NCBI GenBank assembly: GCA_951406725.2
Contig: OX597823.1
Coordinates: 65,472,001-65,536,000, forward strand
From: Octopus vulgaris
Lineage: Eukaryota
DNA length: 64,000 nt
Direction: 5' to 3'
Below, piece by piece: positions 41,754 to 54,566 of this stretch. How positions within the stretch are numbered: position 1 is the stretch's first letter; the number at the start of each line of letters is the position of its first letter. The notes beneath the pieces were generated by a model, which saw nothing but the letters and a program-made list of their open reading frames with translations, did not search any database and had not been told where the DNA came from. A program made the translations under genes and the position numbers.

Positions 41754-42359
41754 TATATGTATATATACATGTATATATATATGTGTGTGTACATATATAT
41801 ATAAATACACATGTGTATGTATAAATATTTATATATGTATGTATGTATGTATGTATATATACATTTTGTTAAAAATGCCTATTTTCTAAAAATTGCCTCA
41901 CTTAAGTACATTGCTGTATATTGCAATTTACACAAGGTTTTTTGTTTCTGACGTTAACCTAATCCAACCACGTGCTTTAAATAACATTTCAGGAGACCAA
42001 ATGTCTTGTAAGGTTGTGATTGGCAAAGAAGTTTGGAGTTTTAGATATCTACTTGTTTCATGGTGTTTGTCCAGACAACAGGCACATTGAATTCTAATCT
42101 TTCGAGGTTTATTTTTTATTTATCCAATCATTTCAAAATGGATAATAAATACCAGTTCTGAGCGCTCGATTGGTGAATTTGTTAAAGCGTCTGAAAGGTT
42201 GCCTTTCGTTATTCGCGTGTCTCTCTTCAGCCTTTGTTCAAATCTCACTCCGTTACATAAAAATGTGTGACACGTGTGGTTGAATAGCAATTTCAAATAA
42301 AGAAAAATACAATGGAAATATAACTTCCTCGTTTCGATTGCATGGCCAGGAACATCCGC

Positions 42360-42740
42360 ACCATGACGACCAACATCAATTCCAACACCATTAACACTAA
42401 TCACCAGCAGCACCAGTACCACTTCCACCACTAATACCAGCTTCACCACCGGCATCAACAACACTACCGACAACACTGCCACTACGAGAAGCGGCAACAC
42501 TGCCACTAGAACAGTCAGAAGCCACATCACACCACTGCGCTCCATCAACACCATCTCCACCACCACCACCACCACCACCACCACCACTACAACCACTACA
42601 ACCACCACCACCACCACCACCACCACCACCACCACCACCACCACCAACACCATCACCAATATCTCCACTACCACTGTCACCACCACCATTATCACTACCA
42701 CCGACATCAACACTGCTACAACGAGTAACAGAAGCATCAC
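42360..42740. repeat. (CAC)n core with degenerate (CAN)n flanks
   Basis: Direct reading. Explains the poly-Val ORF 42120-42740. Confidence 0.85.
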
Positions 42741-43890
42741 GAAGAAGGTGACAATTCTGCCCGGAGTTGGTTCAATAGAAGATCGTCCATATCCAGCAAC
42801 ATCATGATCATCACCACAAAACCCGCAAGTTTACATATGTTGCTTTAAATAGAAAAAATATAAATCAGAAAGTTTCAAGATTTTCTCCTGTTATACTTAA
42901 GGATTTTGAAAGATTTTAGAACAAATTAAAGCAGACTTTTTCTAGTGGGTCCCTACAAGAAAGTCCTTTTAATCAAATAAAACAGTGAAGTCAGAATGAA
43001 CACTTTGGCTATGTATTGTAAAACAAGGTGAGGATGGGGATGAAATCCGACGATATGATAAATTTTCAGGATATCCTATTTTAATTTGCAGATTACAATT
43101 TTGGTGGGGGTTATGTATTTTTATTCAATAATAAAATAATGAACAAAATTGCTTAGAAACCCATCTAATTTCTTCCGTAGGTGTATATGTATATATGTAG
43201 TTATATATATGAGTTATACATTAATGTAGGAATGTATGCAAAATGTTTCGACATTAATTGAATACATCGCATTTTTCAGAGTCGTTCGAAAAGATTGTAA
43301 ATTAGTTGTCATGATCTCTTTGATAGAATGGCATATTGTCTTCTTTAAAGCTTTATGCGATAGGGGTAAAGGTATCGTGAATAGAAATTGTGCAGAAATC
43401 GATCATTTAAATGTTAACGCTTATCGTGTCTCTTTGTATTTTCTAAACGACCCCCATTTTCGACATCGTTACATACGATCATGTCCAATGCATGTTATCT
43501 CATTTATGATCCAGTTTAGTGTTATAGAAAACTTATTTCTAATGAATTAATCTGATTTTTATTTACGTTTACTTTTTAGATAATTAAATATTTCATGATT
43601 CTGAAAGATTCCTATCGATGAATTTCCTGCATCTTTCACATCAGCTGTTTTCTATAATTGCTATAATTCTCATAAATCTCGTTTTAATTACAACATTCTA
43701 AAATTATGTAATTGTACGTTTCTCATGTGTTTATGTTTAGCATGGAAAAGCTTCCACTGTAATCATTGAAATATAGAATGGAAATGAGAACGAGGGAAGA
43801 CATTGGAAATAATTAGAGGGTTAGAGTGATCTAACAAATCGGACAAATTTATATCTTCATCGTATCAGTCACTCATTCACTCTTTATATA

Positions 43891-43978
<88 letters not shown>

Positions 43979-44317
43979 GTATATAAATGGGGAGAGAGAG
44001 AGAGAGAGAGAGAGTTAGATGGATACAGATAAATTATATATCTGCATATATACATTATATATATGCACGAAAGCTAATTTCCTTTTGTGAGGGGCCGGAT
44101 TATGGCAATATCTCTGTGTGTAATTGCTTAGTGGCTACATACCCAAGTCATTTTGTAAATTCTATCTACAAATTATGAGTATAAGGATTATTATGTAATT
44201 CCGAGTTTCTTGCAACAGCTGATGAGTTAGCAAATTAAATAGTTTTTTTCTTATTCTCCATTTGTTACGCTCTATGTGTGTGTTTTTGTGTGTCTGTGCA
44301 CGTGTTTGTGTGTATGT

Positions 44318-45565
44318 ATAATAATAATGAAATTATTGTATACAGTGCTCAGGTGCACCACAACTTGTCAGAAAGTGCATATAAAGTACATGCAGTAATG
44401 TAGAAATGTCTGGAAAGTGAACAGTGTATGAGTCAGATACATGCTTGTGTGTGTATGGAGGGGAGAAAATCAAGTGTAGTGTTGGCGAATCTCAGGAAGC
44501 ATGGAAGTTTTGAAGGATGCAGTGCTCCGACAACTAACAACCGATGCCGGCAGTTTGTTCCATGCTTCAGCAACTCTCAGCGTGAAAAAATGTTTCCTGA
44601 AGTCATGGGAGCTGTGCTGTTTTCTTACTTTGTAAATATGTCCACGGGTGTTAGATGGGTGGAGTTTGAAGAGGTGCTCCAAGTTATTGTTTGTGCGATG
44701 GTTGATAATTTTATGGGTGTCTGCCAAGTCAGCTGCCAGACGTCGGAGTTTCAATGTGTCCATGTCCAGGGAAGTAAGGCGTTCAGGATATGGCAAATGC
44801 CTGATGGAGGGTATTCTTTTGGTTGCACGACGCTGAACAGCTTCCAGACGATTGATGTCCTGGGCAAGATAGGGGTTCCAGACTGGTGATGCAAATTCCA
44901 GGTGAGGTCTTACCATAGCTATATAAAGCCGCAGATAGATAGCCGGAGAGCGGCTCACAAAGGATTTGGTGAGTGATGCCAAGACACCCTCAGCCTTCTT
45001 GACAATGTTAGCGATGTGTTTTGTCCAACGCAAATCACTGTCGACAATAACACCCAGGTCACGTTCACTTGAAGACTTTTTGAGACTAGTGTTGTGGAGG
45101 GAGTAGGTGGACGCTGGGTTTCTCCTCCCAAAATGCATGGTGGTACATTTGTCCACAGCCAGCTTGAGCTGCCAGTCCATGATCCACTGCTGCATTGTGT
45201 CCAGGTCTGCTTGCAATAGAGATCCATAGTGTACAGGATTTGACCTCTTTATTTCGAGGTACAGCTTGATGTCATCTGCATATTTCAACACTGTGGCATT
45301 CTTTAAGTTGGCATCTATGTCATTAACATATGCAACAAATAAAAGGGGGCCAAGAACAGATCCCTGCGGCACACCAGATGTCATCTCATAGGGCGAAGAG
45401 TGCTGTCCTAGAACTGTGACAACCTCTTTTCGGCCGAAAATAAAGGACGTTAACCAGTTATAGAGTTAGTCTCTTACACCCAACGCAGAAAGCTTCACCA
45501 TAAGTCTTTTGTGTGGCACAGAGTTAAAAGCCTTATCAAAGTCCAGGTAAACAACATCCACCCAG
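44318..45565 (-). mobile_element. 5'-truncated CR1-clade LINE (RT domain to 3' end)
   Basis: VDVVYLDFDKAFNSVPH, SGVPQGSVLGPLLF, YADD, ERDLGVIVDSDL, VRPHLEFASPVWNP, FFTLRVAEAWNKLP. 3' UTR ends in (ATT)n at ~44318. Confidence 0.95.
44470..45384 (-). pseudogene. LINE ORF2 reverse transcriptase, 304-aa open remnant
   Basis: Uninterrupted frame with QG and YADD motifs. An in-frame stop lies upstream (~45466) and the endonuclease is missing, so it is not autonomous. Confidence 0.9.
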
Positions 45566-45687
45566 TATGTATTCATCCTTCTAAATAAATGTGGTTATAC
45601 GTGTCTTGGTTATCTATCTATCTATCGATATGTCGACTGCTATTTCCAGTAAATATTGGTGCCTTGTTGCATTACTATTATATATAT

Positions 45688-47211
45688 ATGTAATGAACCA
45701 CAAAAGAAAAGTCGCACACATAGTAAATAGAAAATGGTTTTTTAACTGCCTGCCAGAGTGTTGAGTGAAGAGTGCTAATTAAGAAACCGTTCTTTCCTAA
45801 TGATAAAACCTCATTTCCTGAAACATATTTGACGTCACCTGGTGTCACGTGATGACGGAGTTTTCGAGAATCAAAAGTGATGAATTCAATATCTCGTGTA
45901 ACCACCGATTGCGTTGAATACCGCCAGGTATCTTATGTACATAGAACGCACAAAATGATTGAAGAGTATAGGGATAGCAGCCTACACTCAATTAAAACTT
46001 GCAGTGAGTTGTGCCGCAGTTGTCAGCCTTGGACGGATGTCATTTAGCATTCTTTGGATCTCGTCCCACAGTTATTCTAAGGGGTTCGAGTCCAAACTTA
46101 GTGCAGGGCATAATAGTATCTGGATGTTGTGCTGTTTGAAGTCAGTTGTCACCTTGTCAGTATGGGCAGGGGCGTTATCATTTTGGAACACGTGATTCCG
46201 AAGGTGGGTGAAGTATTGCAAAATGTGAGGCCTCAACACTTGCTCGATGTAGCGAGCAGCGGTTATTCAATTGCCCCGGTCTTGGCCGATGTTTAGGAAG
46301 ACCACTGGTCCAAGTTTCTGGTTCAGTGTAATACCGCCTGTCCTCTCCATATGTCTCTATGTACCACAGAGTCATGGGCATGACGTTCACTCCTTCTCCA
46401 AACCCTAGCTCTGCCCTCTGCCACAGAAATGCAATATCGGCTTTCATCAGAGAAGGTTACGGTGCTCCACTGCATATAACGCCAGTTCTAGTGTTTCCGA
46501 GCCAACTGCAGACGTTCCCGTCGATGACGATCTGTGAGGATGGGGGCTCTTAGCCGGATGTCGACAAAACAGGTTAAAAGATCTCAGCCGGCGGCGAACT
46601 GTATCTGCGCATAGATGTGTTGTGACACCCTATGGTCTGCCTAGCTGATTTCGTTGCCCTCCGGAATCGATCCTGCAAGTGCTGTCGGTGCAGGTGGTGA
46701 CCATGACGTTCCGTTGTAACACTCGTTGGGCCACGAATGATTGTCCACAATCGTCCGTGCTCTTTGTAGCATAGTGTCGTTCCCTCAGACATTCAATTGT
46801 CCGGATACTGCAGTTCAAGTTATTAGCAATGACCCATGGACGTTGACCATGGAGACGTCCGGAGGTTTTGATTTCGTGTCAGACTTGGCATGCTTCCTGT
46901 GATAGAGAAACGAAAGACAGACTGGTAAATGTGGGTGCCTCTTAAACCCAATGAGTCAACGTTTTGGACCTGCATCATGCTTTTGATAAAGATGCGTTCG
47001 CGAGCATTACCAAGTTCACGAAAAGTGAGCGACCTCAAACCGTACATGCAATCCTTGTGTTTTCAAAAGAGAGTGGTGTTGTGGGTCGTTGATATCTTTC
47101 TGATGTCAAACTATCTTGAAATGCGTTCAAACTCATATAATCACAACATCGTGTGTGAAACTATGAAATGAATAATCTTTTATACAGTGTGACGTTTATT
47201 TTGGGTTCAGT
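45688..47211 (-). mobile_element. Decayed Tc1-like (DD34E) transposon
   Basis: Imperfect TIRs. MPSLTRNQ start, HLQDRFRRAT, FSDESR, FQNDNAPAH, SLDSNPLE*LWDEIQR. Confidence 0.85.
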
Positions 47212-47272
47212 ACACACACACACACACATATATATATAAAGCAAATAACCAACAAGGATGTCAAGGTATTAG

Positions 47273-47359
47273 TGCATTACTGCCGTTTCAAGCAGCTCCA
47301 TTTAATCGATCCAAGTAAGCATTACATCACTTTGAAATACACCGCCTTCCTCGGATGCA
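47273..47359 (-). ncRNA. Type I hammerhead motif with variant core (CCGAGGA)
   Basis: Minus strand tgcat-CCGAGGA-aggcggt...gctgctt-GAAA-cggca-GTA-atgca. 5-bp stem I, 7-bp stem II with G-U pairs, 2-bp stem III. Confidence 0.7.
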
Positions 47360-47754
47360 TAAGGTCATATAGGGTAGATGTTGTAGTTTTCATTAAAACA
47401 CTGTGTGTGTGTGTGTGCGTGTGTGTGTGTGTATGTTAAAATTCACTTTCTGGGCCGAATTGACACTTAAAGCTCCCCAGCTATATGATATATACATATA
47501 GTGTGAGAAGCGTGGCATTGGAGAGATTTAACTCTTCTTTCTAGCAAACAGGCGAATAAACGTCTTTTAATATATATTTTGCCTATTTGGATTATGGCCA
47601 CTTTATCATGATTTGTGTATATATATATATGTATATATATATGTATATATATATATAACGAGAAGGTTTACGAAAATAAACAAAACACGAAGGCAGGTGG
47701 AGTACACACAAGCAAATGTATTAGTATGGCGCTCAGGAATAGAAATAGGACAAG

Positions 47755-47792
47755 TCTTTTACGTTTCGAGCCTACGCTCTTCGACAGAAAGA
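47755..47792 (-). ncRNA. Minimal hammerhead-like motif with variant core (CTGTCGAA)
   Basis: Minus strand tcttt-CTGTCGAA-gagc gtag gctc-GAAA-c-GTA-aaaga. 5-bp stem I, 4-bp stem II, loopless palindromic ACGT stem III. Confidence 0.65.
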
Positions 47793-47881
47793 TACACAGA
47801 AAAGAAACAAGGAGAGAAACAAGGAAAGAAAAAAATGCGTGTAGAAGCTAACGGTCCATCATATATATATATATATTCATA

Positions 47882-48101
47882 CAGTACTCCCTCGAATATC
47901 GCCGGTGTTACTTTCCAAAAACCACCGGAATAGGTGAAAACCGCGAAGTAGAAACAGTATTGCACATTATATTTTCTTTTAGATATTTTTATAATTTGTA
48001 TATATTTATTTTATAAATGCAAATCAACACCACAGAGAAATCAACATAATCTTAAATAATAAACCTCGATAGGTGAACCACCATACGGTGAGGGATTAAT
48101 G
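47882..48101. mobile_element. Tigger/pogo-type MITE
   Basis: TA-cagtactccctc...gagggattaatg-TA termini, internal repeat ataggtgaa. Confidence 0.7.
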
Positions 48102-48112
48102 TATATATACAT

Positions 48113-48500
48113 ATTCTTTAATTTGTTTCAGGCATTTGACTGTGGCCGTGCTGAAGCACTGCCTTTAGTCGAACAAATCAACCCCAGAACTTTTTCTTTG
48201 TAAGCCTGGTATTTATTCAATCAGTCGCTTTTGCCGAACCGCTAATGTTACGGGGGCGTAAACACGCCAGCATCGGTTGACATGCGATGGTGGTGTGACA
48301 AATACAGACACAAATGTATACATTATATATATGTATATACGACGGGCTTCTTTTAGTTTCCGTCTACCAAATCCACTCAAAAGGCTTTGGTCGGCCCGAG
48401 GCTAAAATAGAAGGCATTTGCCCAAGTTGCCACACAGTGGGACTGAACCGGGAGCCATGTGATCGGGAAGCAAGGTTCTTAACACACAGAAACGCCTGCA
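48113..48500 (-). mobile_element. Twin-like SINE (diverged)
   Basis: Reverse complement of the 25436 family. Confidence 0.85.
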
Positions 48501-48529
48501 CTTGTATACATACAAACATACATACCTAT

Positions 48530-48905
48530 ACGATGTTTTTTCTCAGTTCTGCTGGTTACGGATCTCCCAGAACGTTCGTCACTATCGACATTTTTCTGCT
48601 CAAACAATCCTCCCCATACACTTTCTGCTGCTTTGCATAGGCCTCTAAGCAGGAATCGCCAGGCTTTTAGCAAAATTTGATGCAGATTCTCTGCTGAACT
48701 TTCTCAGTCATGGTCATTGTGACAATCACACGCTACGCACTTTCTTCACAAGTACTGTTGTGAACATCAGAAGTCAGCTATATCGTTGAAAATTAGAGCG
48801 CATGTACAGCAGAGATCGAGGTCAATCTATGCCAAGAGGCTTCAATCTGCATACTTTACCTTCGTTACTATGGCAAAAGTCCGAAAACTTGTTGATCAGA
48901 CCACA
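48530..48905 (-). mobile_element. Mariner 5' fragment
   Basis: VDSDERSGRSVTSRTEK in ORF 48479-48673 and TIR-like aaaacttgttgatcagaccacata. Confidence 0.6.
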
Positions 48906-49060
48906 TACAACTGTGTGTGTTTACATATGTATATATTTATATATGAAAAAAAAATATATGTATACTTATATATATATATATATATATGTATATACGTATA
49001 TATCTATATCTATATCTATCTATCTATCTATCTATATATCTATCTATCTATCTATCTATG

Positions 49061-49091
<31 letters not shown>

Positions 49092-49267
49092 TGATAAAAA
49101 TGGTATATATATATATGCACGTATGTGCATGGATACACACAGATGTATGTATATAACACATATATATATATACTTATGTATATACATATGCATATATATA
49201 TATATATGTATATATTCTGTGTGTGTATGGATATATGTATATATCTATCTATTTATCTATCTTATAG

Positions 49268-49313
<46 letters not shown>

Positions 49314-50676
49314 CGTATATGACCATGCATATACTTTTGTACCTATTCATGTAGATAATATTTTTCAATGTTTTGCACCATCTTATCGCTTTATTTTCCT
49401 TCAAGCTTTTTTTTAATGTCAATAAAATTGAGACCACCCATCTATCTTTATAGCACGCAGTATATCGTCTCTTTATCAAGATGCTAGAATGCGATCTGAG
49501 AAAAAATATTGCAGCTGTTCCCAAAACGCCAGGTGTCGTTTAATGTCCCTCTTTCCCACTTTACATTAATCTTTTATATATATCTGTGACTGTTTTTTCT
49601 GTCTCACAGAGCATTTCTTTGCCTTTCTCTTTATATCGTACATACACGCGGACTCATATATAAGCGTGTGTATGCACGCACGCATGTACATGCATGTGGG
49701 CGTATGTGTGCGTGTGTATATTTGTATCTTTATGCACGTATATGTGTGCGTGTATAAGATTATGCGTTTGTTGATGTTGCCTCTTCAAAGGCAATCATAT
49801 TCAGTTGTCTCCATAAACTGGCAAGCATACTACTAAGAATCAATATGGTTCTGACCCCATACTACGTATCCATTAACGTTTCACTACTGCATTGGAATTT
49901 ATTCTGTTATTTCGACTCCAAAACCCATTTGGAAATGTTAGCATTAACAACAAAAACAACACGAAATACGAAACTGAAACCGAAAGCTGTACGTACAAAT
50001 TATTAATTTGATTATCTTGGAGTTATTTCAAATGTTTTAAGGGCTCATCTGATGTATCAATAATATTTCCTATTCCATCCTTCCTTCTCAATATTTTCTG
50101 TGCTTCGCCATCTTCTACTGCCATAACCATAATTTCTGCTTTGTTGAGGAGATATTAACTTATTCTTGTATGCATCTGCTTTCTGCTTTGAGCGACTTTA
50201 AACGAAAGGAAATGGTGATAGCATTATATTATTTGAACTTACCTATGAACCTGTGAGAGATTTTCTGAAACTAGATTGGCAACAATACAGCTTATATTTA
50301 AGACATGTCAACTTCCATATAATTTCACGAAGCTGTATAATTTAGAAGTAGAATGATTACGTGCTCTAGTAGATACAAACACAAATACATTATATGCGTA
50401 TGTACACGATATGTGAGTAATTGCTTGTATAAATTACAGTTGTAAGCGTTTTTAAAATGACGGGTAGGTATATATGTGTGTATACGCGTTTGTGCGTACA
50501 TAACTAAAGCCACACTCTCCTGTAACATAGCAAAAACTCTGTTTCTGAGACAATCGTATTGATAGTCAGAAAATGCTATAACTGCCAAAATATACTATCT
50601 CTTTCACCTGGTTCAAATGAGAGGCAGAAAGAAATAATTCACCCACATCATTTGGAACTACATATGCTCTTATTAA

Positions 50677-51713
50677 CCCCTTGACGCCGGTATTACCTGA
50701 AGCATGCAAGACACTGCTCCGGGTTTTTTTTTATCTAATGAGGCCACACAAACACACAAGTGCCGACGAGCTCACATCTATTTACGTTCACCGCTACAAT
50801 AACAAAGCGCCGTACATTTATGTCTACCGGTTTATGAAAATGAAGTATGTGATGCTATTTATCATAATATAATATGTACGAGTTATTCTGCTCAAGTTTA
50901 TAAAATAGCTTGCATGTGGTACAACTCGAAACACGGTATTATGCATGTAAAGTATCTGCATGTCATTGGTCTACTGCTAGTCTCATCACTTGTAGGAGCA
51001 CTCCGTCGGTTGCGACGATGAGGGTCCCAGCTGATCCGAATCAACGGAACAGCCTGCTCGTGAAATTAACGTGTAAGTGGCCGAGCACTCCACAGACACG
51101 TGTACCCTTAACGTTGTTCTCGGGGATATTCAGCGTGACACAGAGAGTGACAAGGCCGGCCCTTTGAAATACAGGTACAACAGAAGCAGGAAGTAAGAGT
51201 GAGAGAAAGTTGTGGTGAAAGAGTACAGCAGGGATCACCACCATCCCCTGCCGGAACCTCGTGGAGCTTTAGGTGTTTTCGCTCAATAAACTCTCACAAC
51301 GCCCGGTCTGGGAATCGAAACCGCGATCCTATGACCGCGAGTCCGCTGCCCTAACCACTGGGCCATTGCGCCTCCACATAATATAATATGTACGAGTTAT
51401 TCTGCTCAAGTTTATAAAATAGCTTGCGTGTGGTACAACTCGAAACACGGTATTATGCATGTAAAGTATCTGCATGTCATTGGTCTACTGCTAGTCTCAT
51501 CACTTGAACGTAACCTACAATAGCTAAGATAAGGCACGGACGGCGAGCACGCGCATCTGAAGAGATAAAGTACACGATTGCTAACGTAAACATACGTCAG
51601 CCGCTAAAAAGTCCGTGATAGATGTAGGGCAGATCTACATCGTATATTTACGTTCATCGCGGGTAGGCAAGCAAAAGTGTGATCGCATATTTGCGTCAAC
51701 CATTGTCAAGGGG
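50677..51713. mobile_element. Non-autonomous piggyBac-type element (TTAA target) containing a nested SINE
   Basis: TTAA(50673-50676)-ccccttgac...gtcaagggg-TTAA(51714-51717). Confidence 0.75.
50993..51376 (-). mobile_element. tRNA-derived SINE (OR-type) flanked by 130-bp direct repeats
   Basis: Head tggaggcgcaatggcccagtggttaggg. 50863-50992 matches 51377-51506 with one mismatch seen. Confidence 0.92.
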
Positions 51714-52358
51714 TTAATCTCAAAATTAAGTTACCCGTGTGATTTACGTAAAATAGTTTCCCATTTCACTGCGATGTCTCACGTATACACTTACTGTATC
51801 CTCACATTGTCAACTCTTCCGTTACTAAGTGAGGCCCCTCCGACTTAGAATTCCCATCCCTTCTCTTCGCATAAACTCCGTCCGTGTACTCGCCACATAA
51901 TGTTTTCCTTTGTGTCACACTCGCTATTATTTCCTACTCAGCCATCAACAAATAACTGTACAAGAGTAAAACGAATTCTTTCTAATTGCTAGAGCTGGTG
52001 GACCGACACCGACTTGAATCCAGACCTGAAGTAAATATAATGTTGAAATGTTAAAAACTCAAAAGGATTATAAACTATTACTTCTTGTTGCAAATAAGAT
52101 AAGCTATCAACACGAATTTACTCATTTACAACAATCAATACTTTCTCGCAAAAAGGCACATAGACCCGCATACATACATACATACATACATAATACATAC
52201 ATACATACGTACATACATACATACATGCATACATACATACATACATACATACATGCATGCATGCATGCATACATACATATGATACGATACATACATATGT
52301 ACATATATTCATGTACCCCTCCACATATATGTGTATGCATATATATAAATATATATAA

Positions 52359-52411
<53 letters not shown>

Positions 52412-52509
52412 CATGTATATATGTATGCATGTATGTATCTATATATCTCTCTATCTCTTTATATCTCTCTCTCGCTATCTATCCATGTATATATATACAT
52501 ACATGGATA

Positions 52510-52548
<39 letters not shown>

Positions 52549-52759
52549 GGTATGTTGTGCACATAATGCCACGTCTACATTTATGTTTAAAATCAATGTA
52601 AAAGCGGTATTTTATTCCATAGAGGTAAAAAAATAATAAACTAACATAAAGGAAAACACTGGGATGAATGTAATTGGATAAAACTTAGATGCTAGTGCCT
52701 GGGAGAACCACTGCCGTATGACACCTCGAAAGAATAATAAAATTTGACTTGAAAAATGG

Positions 52760-53110
52760 TAAAGGGTAAAGAACCCCTTCGGCCATGAGTAACCATAGCA
52801 TAATGTTACCGCCCGAAGCACAAATCCGGGCAAGGTAGTTTAAGAAAGGCTCTGCATACCAGCTTCCCATCTCCACGCCACTGGCGTTATCCAAGGGAAT
52901 AGCAAAGGTCTATACATCTTGGCACCAGTCACATCGCTACTCGTTTCTACATATGAGTAGACTAGAGTAACGTGAAATAATGAGTTTTTTGCTTAAGAAC
53001 ACAACACACCGTCCGGTGTGGGAACCGAACTCACTACCTTAAGATTGTGAGCCCAACGCTTGATTGTGAGCCTTACGCCTTCGCTAAGATTGTGAGCCTT
53101 ACGCCTTCAC
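52760..53110 (-). mobile_element. Diverged tRNA-derived SINE
   Basis: Rearranged tRNA-like head (~53020-53110), gtgttcttaagcaaaaaact core, and tail shared with 29690-29835. Confidence 0.65.
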
Positions 53111-53350
53111 ACACTTGAAAAATATGATGGGGTTAAAGCTCTGAATGTATTCATATATCTCTCTTTATTTCGACTTCTTCAATGCATTGGGAACAGTGAA
53201 ATGCAATTTTATATGATAAGATGTCGTTTGAGATTATTTATCAATGTGCATATTCATCTGGATATATTAATGAATAGATGTGTGGCACTTGTATTAAAAT
53301 TCTATGAAATGGAATTCCTTGGGTTACCGCACGAGTTTGGTCAGGGAGTA

Positions 53351-53685
53351 TAGTTAGTTAGTTAATTTGGCGAAAAAGCAAATAGCAAGGCCATGTAGGG
53401 GGGCATGGAGTTAAGTACAGGGTGGTGTTCATGTAAAGAGTTCAGGCCACTTGAGGTCAAGGGAGGCTTTGAACAAAGCGGTCGTCGGCATCTTCACCAT
53501 CTCGTCTGGCAGCTTGTTCCACGGATCCGCAACCCGGACGGAGAAAGCTCCTCTCCTTCGATTGAGATGAAATCGTCGCAGGTAGAGCTTTTCGGAATGA
53601 CCCCGCAGCCGACGCTCTGGAGCAGGAGGGAAGAACAGCTCTTTCGAGAGGTTACTCGAGAGGTTAATAACAAAGATTAGCTGAA
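53351..53685 (-). mobile_element. CR1-clade LINE 3' end
   Basis: RLRGHSEKLYLRRFHLNRRRGAFSVRVADPWNKLP...FKASLD, then a (TAAC)n tail at ~53351-53365. Confidence 0.88.
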
Positions 53686-54458
53686 GTCTGTCACCATAGT
53701 GTTTGAAAACAAAATAAATTTGAACTGCGACTTTTTGTGACAGAAGAGTATAATTTCCCATCCAAAGGGTTCAATTAACAAATGTACTCTTAAATTTGGT
53801 TGCCGTTTGATCAGACAAAATAATTCCATTTGCTGAAATAAGAAGACATTGTGTGTAAGCTCACCAGTATATTTTATGAGATATATACTATTTTATAACA
53901 ATTGTATAGAGGTAGAGAGATTGCCCCAACACCTGGATACCTTACCATTGGGTGCATTTAAGATTGCATTTAAAATTTATGTGGCTTAAAACAGGATTTG
54001 ATACTCATACTGAAATTAGGACAAATATAAATAACATAATATCCTATTCTTCTGCCCTACAATGTGAGAGTATATCAGGCATGGTGCTGCCTTTCTGGTT
54101 AATTCTACCTTTAGTAAAATATGTACCGAACATTGATCTAACTGAAGACTTTCAAATAACCTGAGAATTTATTGTCTGCGTCATCTGTCGATAAAATTAG
54201 TTGTTACTATAGGAATTGCTGTATATTTTGGAAAACTCTCGTAAGAATTTTCGAAGTTTATTCAACAATACATGAAATATATTTTCATATCTGGTATGAA
54301 ACATATTTTATAATGATAAACATTTGACATTCACCAACATATCGTACCGACCTAAGTGACAATAATATTTGAGGTAAATTATTTTAAAGACTGTGAAACA
54401 TACATACATAGATGCATACATACATATACGCATTTATATGTGAACGTATATATATATA

Positions 54459-54566
54459 ACAGTTTGAAGGTTATGATTTCAAGTATATTACTAACATATA
54501 GTATATATATATATATATATATATTATATGTTAGTAATATACTTGAAATCATAACCGTCAAACTGT
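54459..54566. repeat. Inverted repeat centred on (TA)n
   Basis: acagtttga(a/c)ggttatgatttcaagtatattactaacatata arms in inverted orientation around (TA)n, 2 mismatches. Confidence 0.95.

Noticed and set aside
42365-42805. Thr-rich mucin-like reading frame
   Set aside because: Degenerate (CAN)n repeat with no start codon or clear splice sites, and frame-inconsistent periodicity.
44470-45384. CR1 RT as the enzyme mobilising the HHR array
   Set aside because: It is a truncated independent insertion ~36 kb away with no shared termini; HHR tandem elements are linked to Penelope-like RTs rather than CR1.
46438-46455. Minus-strand CTGATGA
   Set aside because: Encodes the FSDES catalytic motif of the Tc1 transposase.
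50236-50270. Possible minus-strand micro-exon (tttcag...ag|gtaagt)
   Set aside because: Splice-like motifs alone are expected by chance in 64 kb; no partner exons identified.
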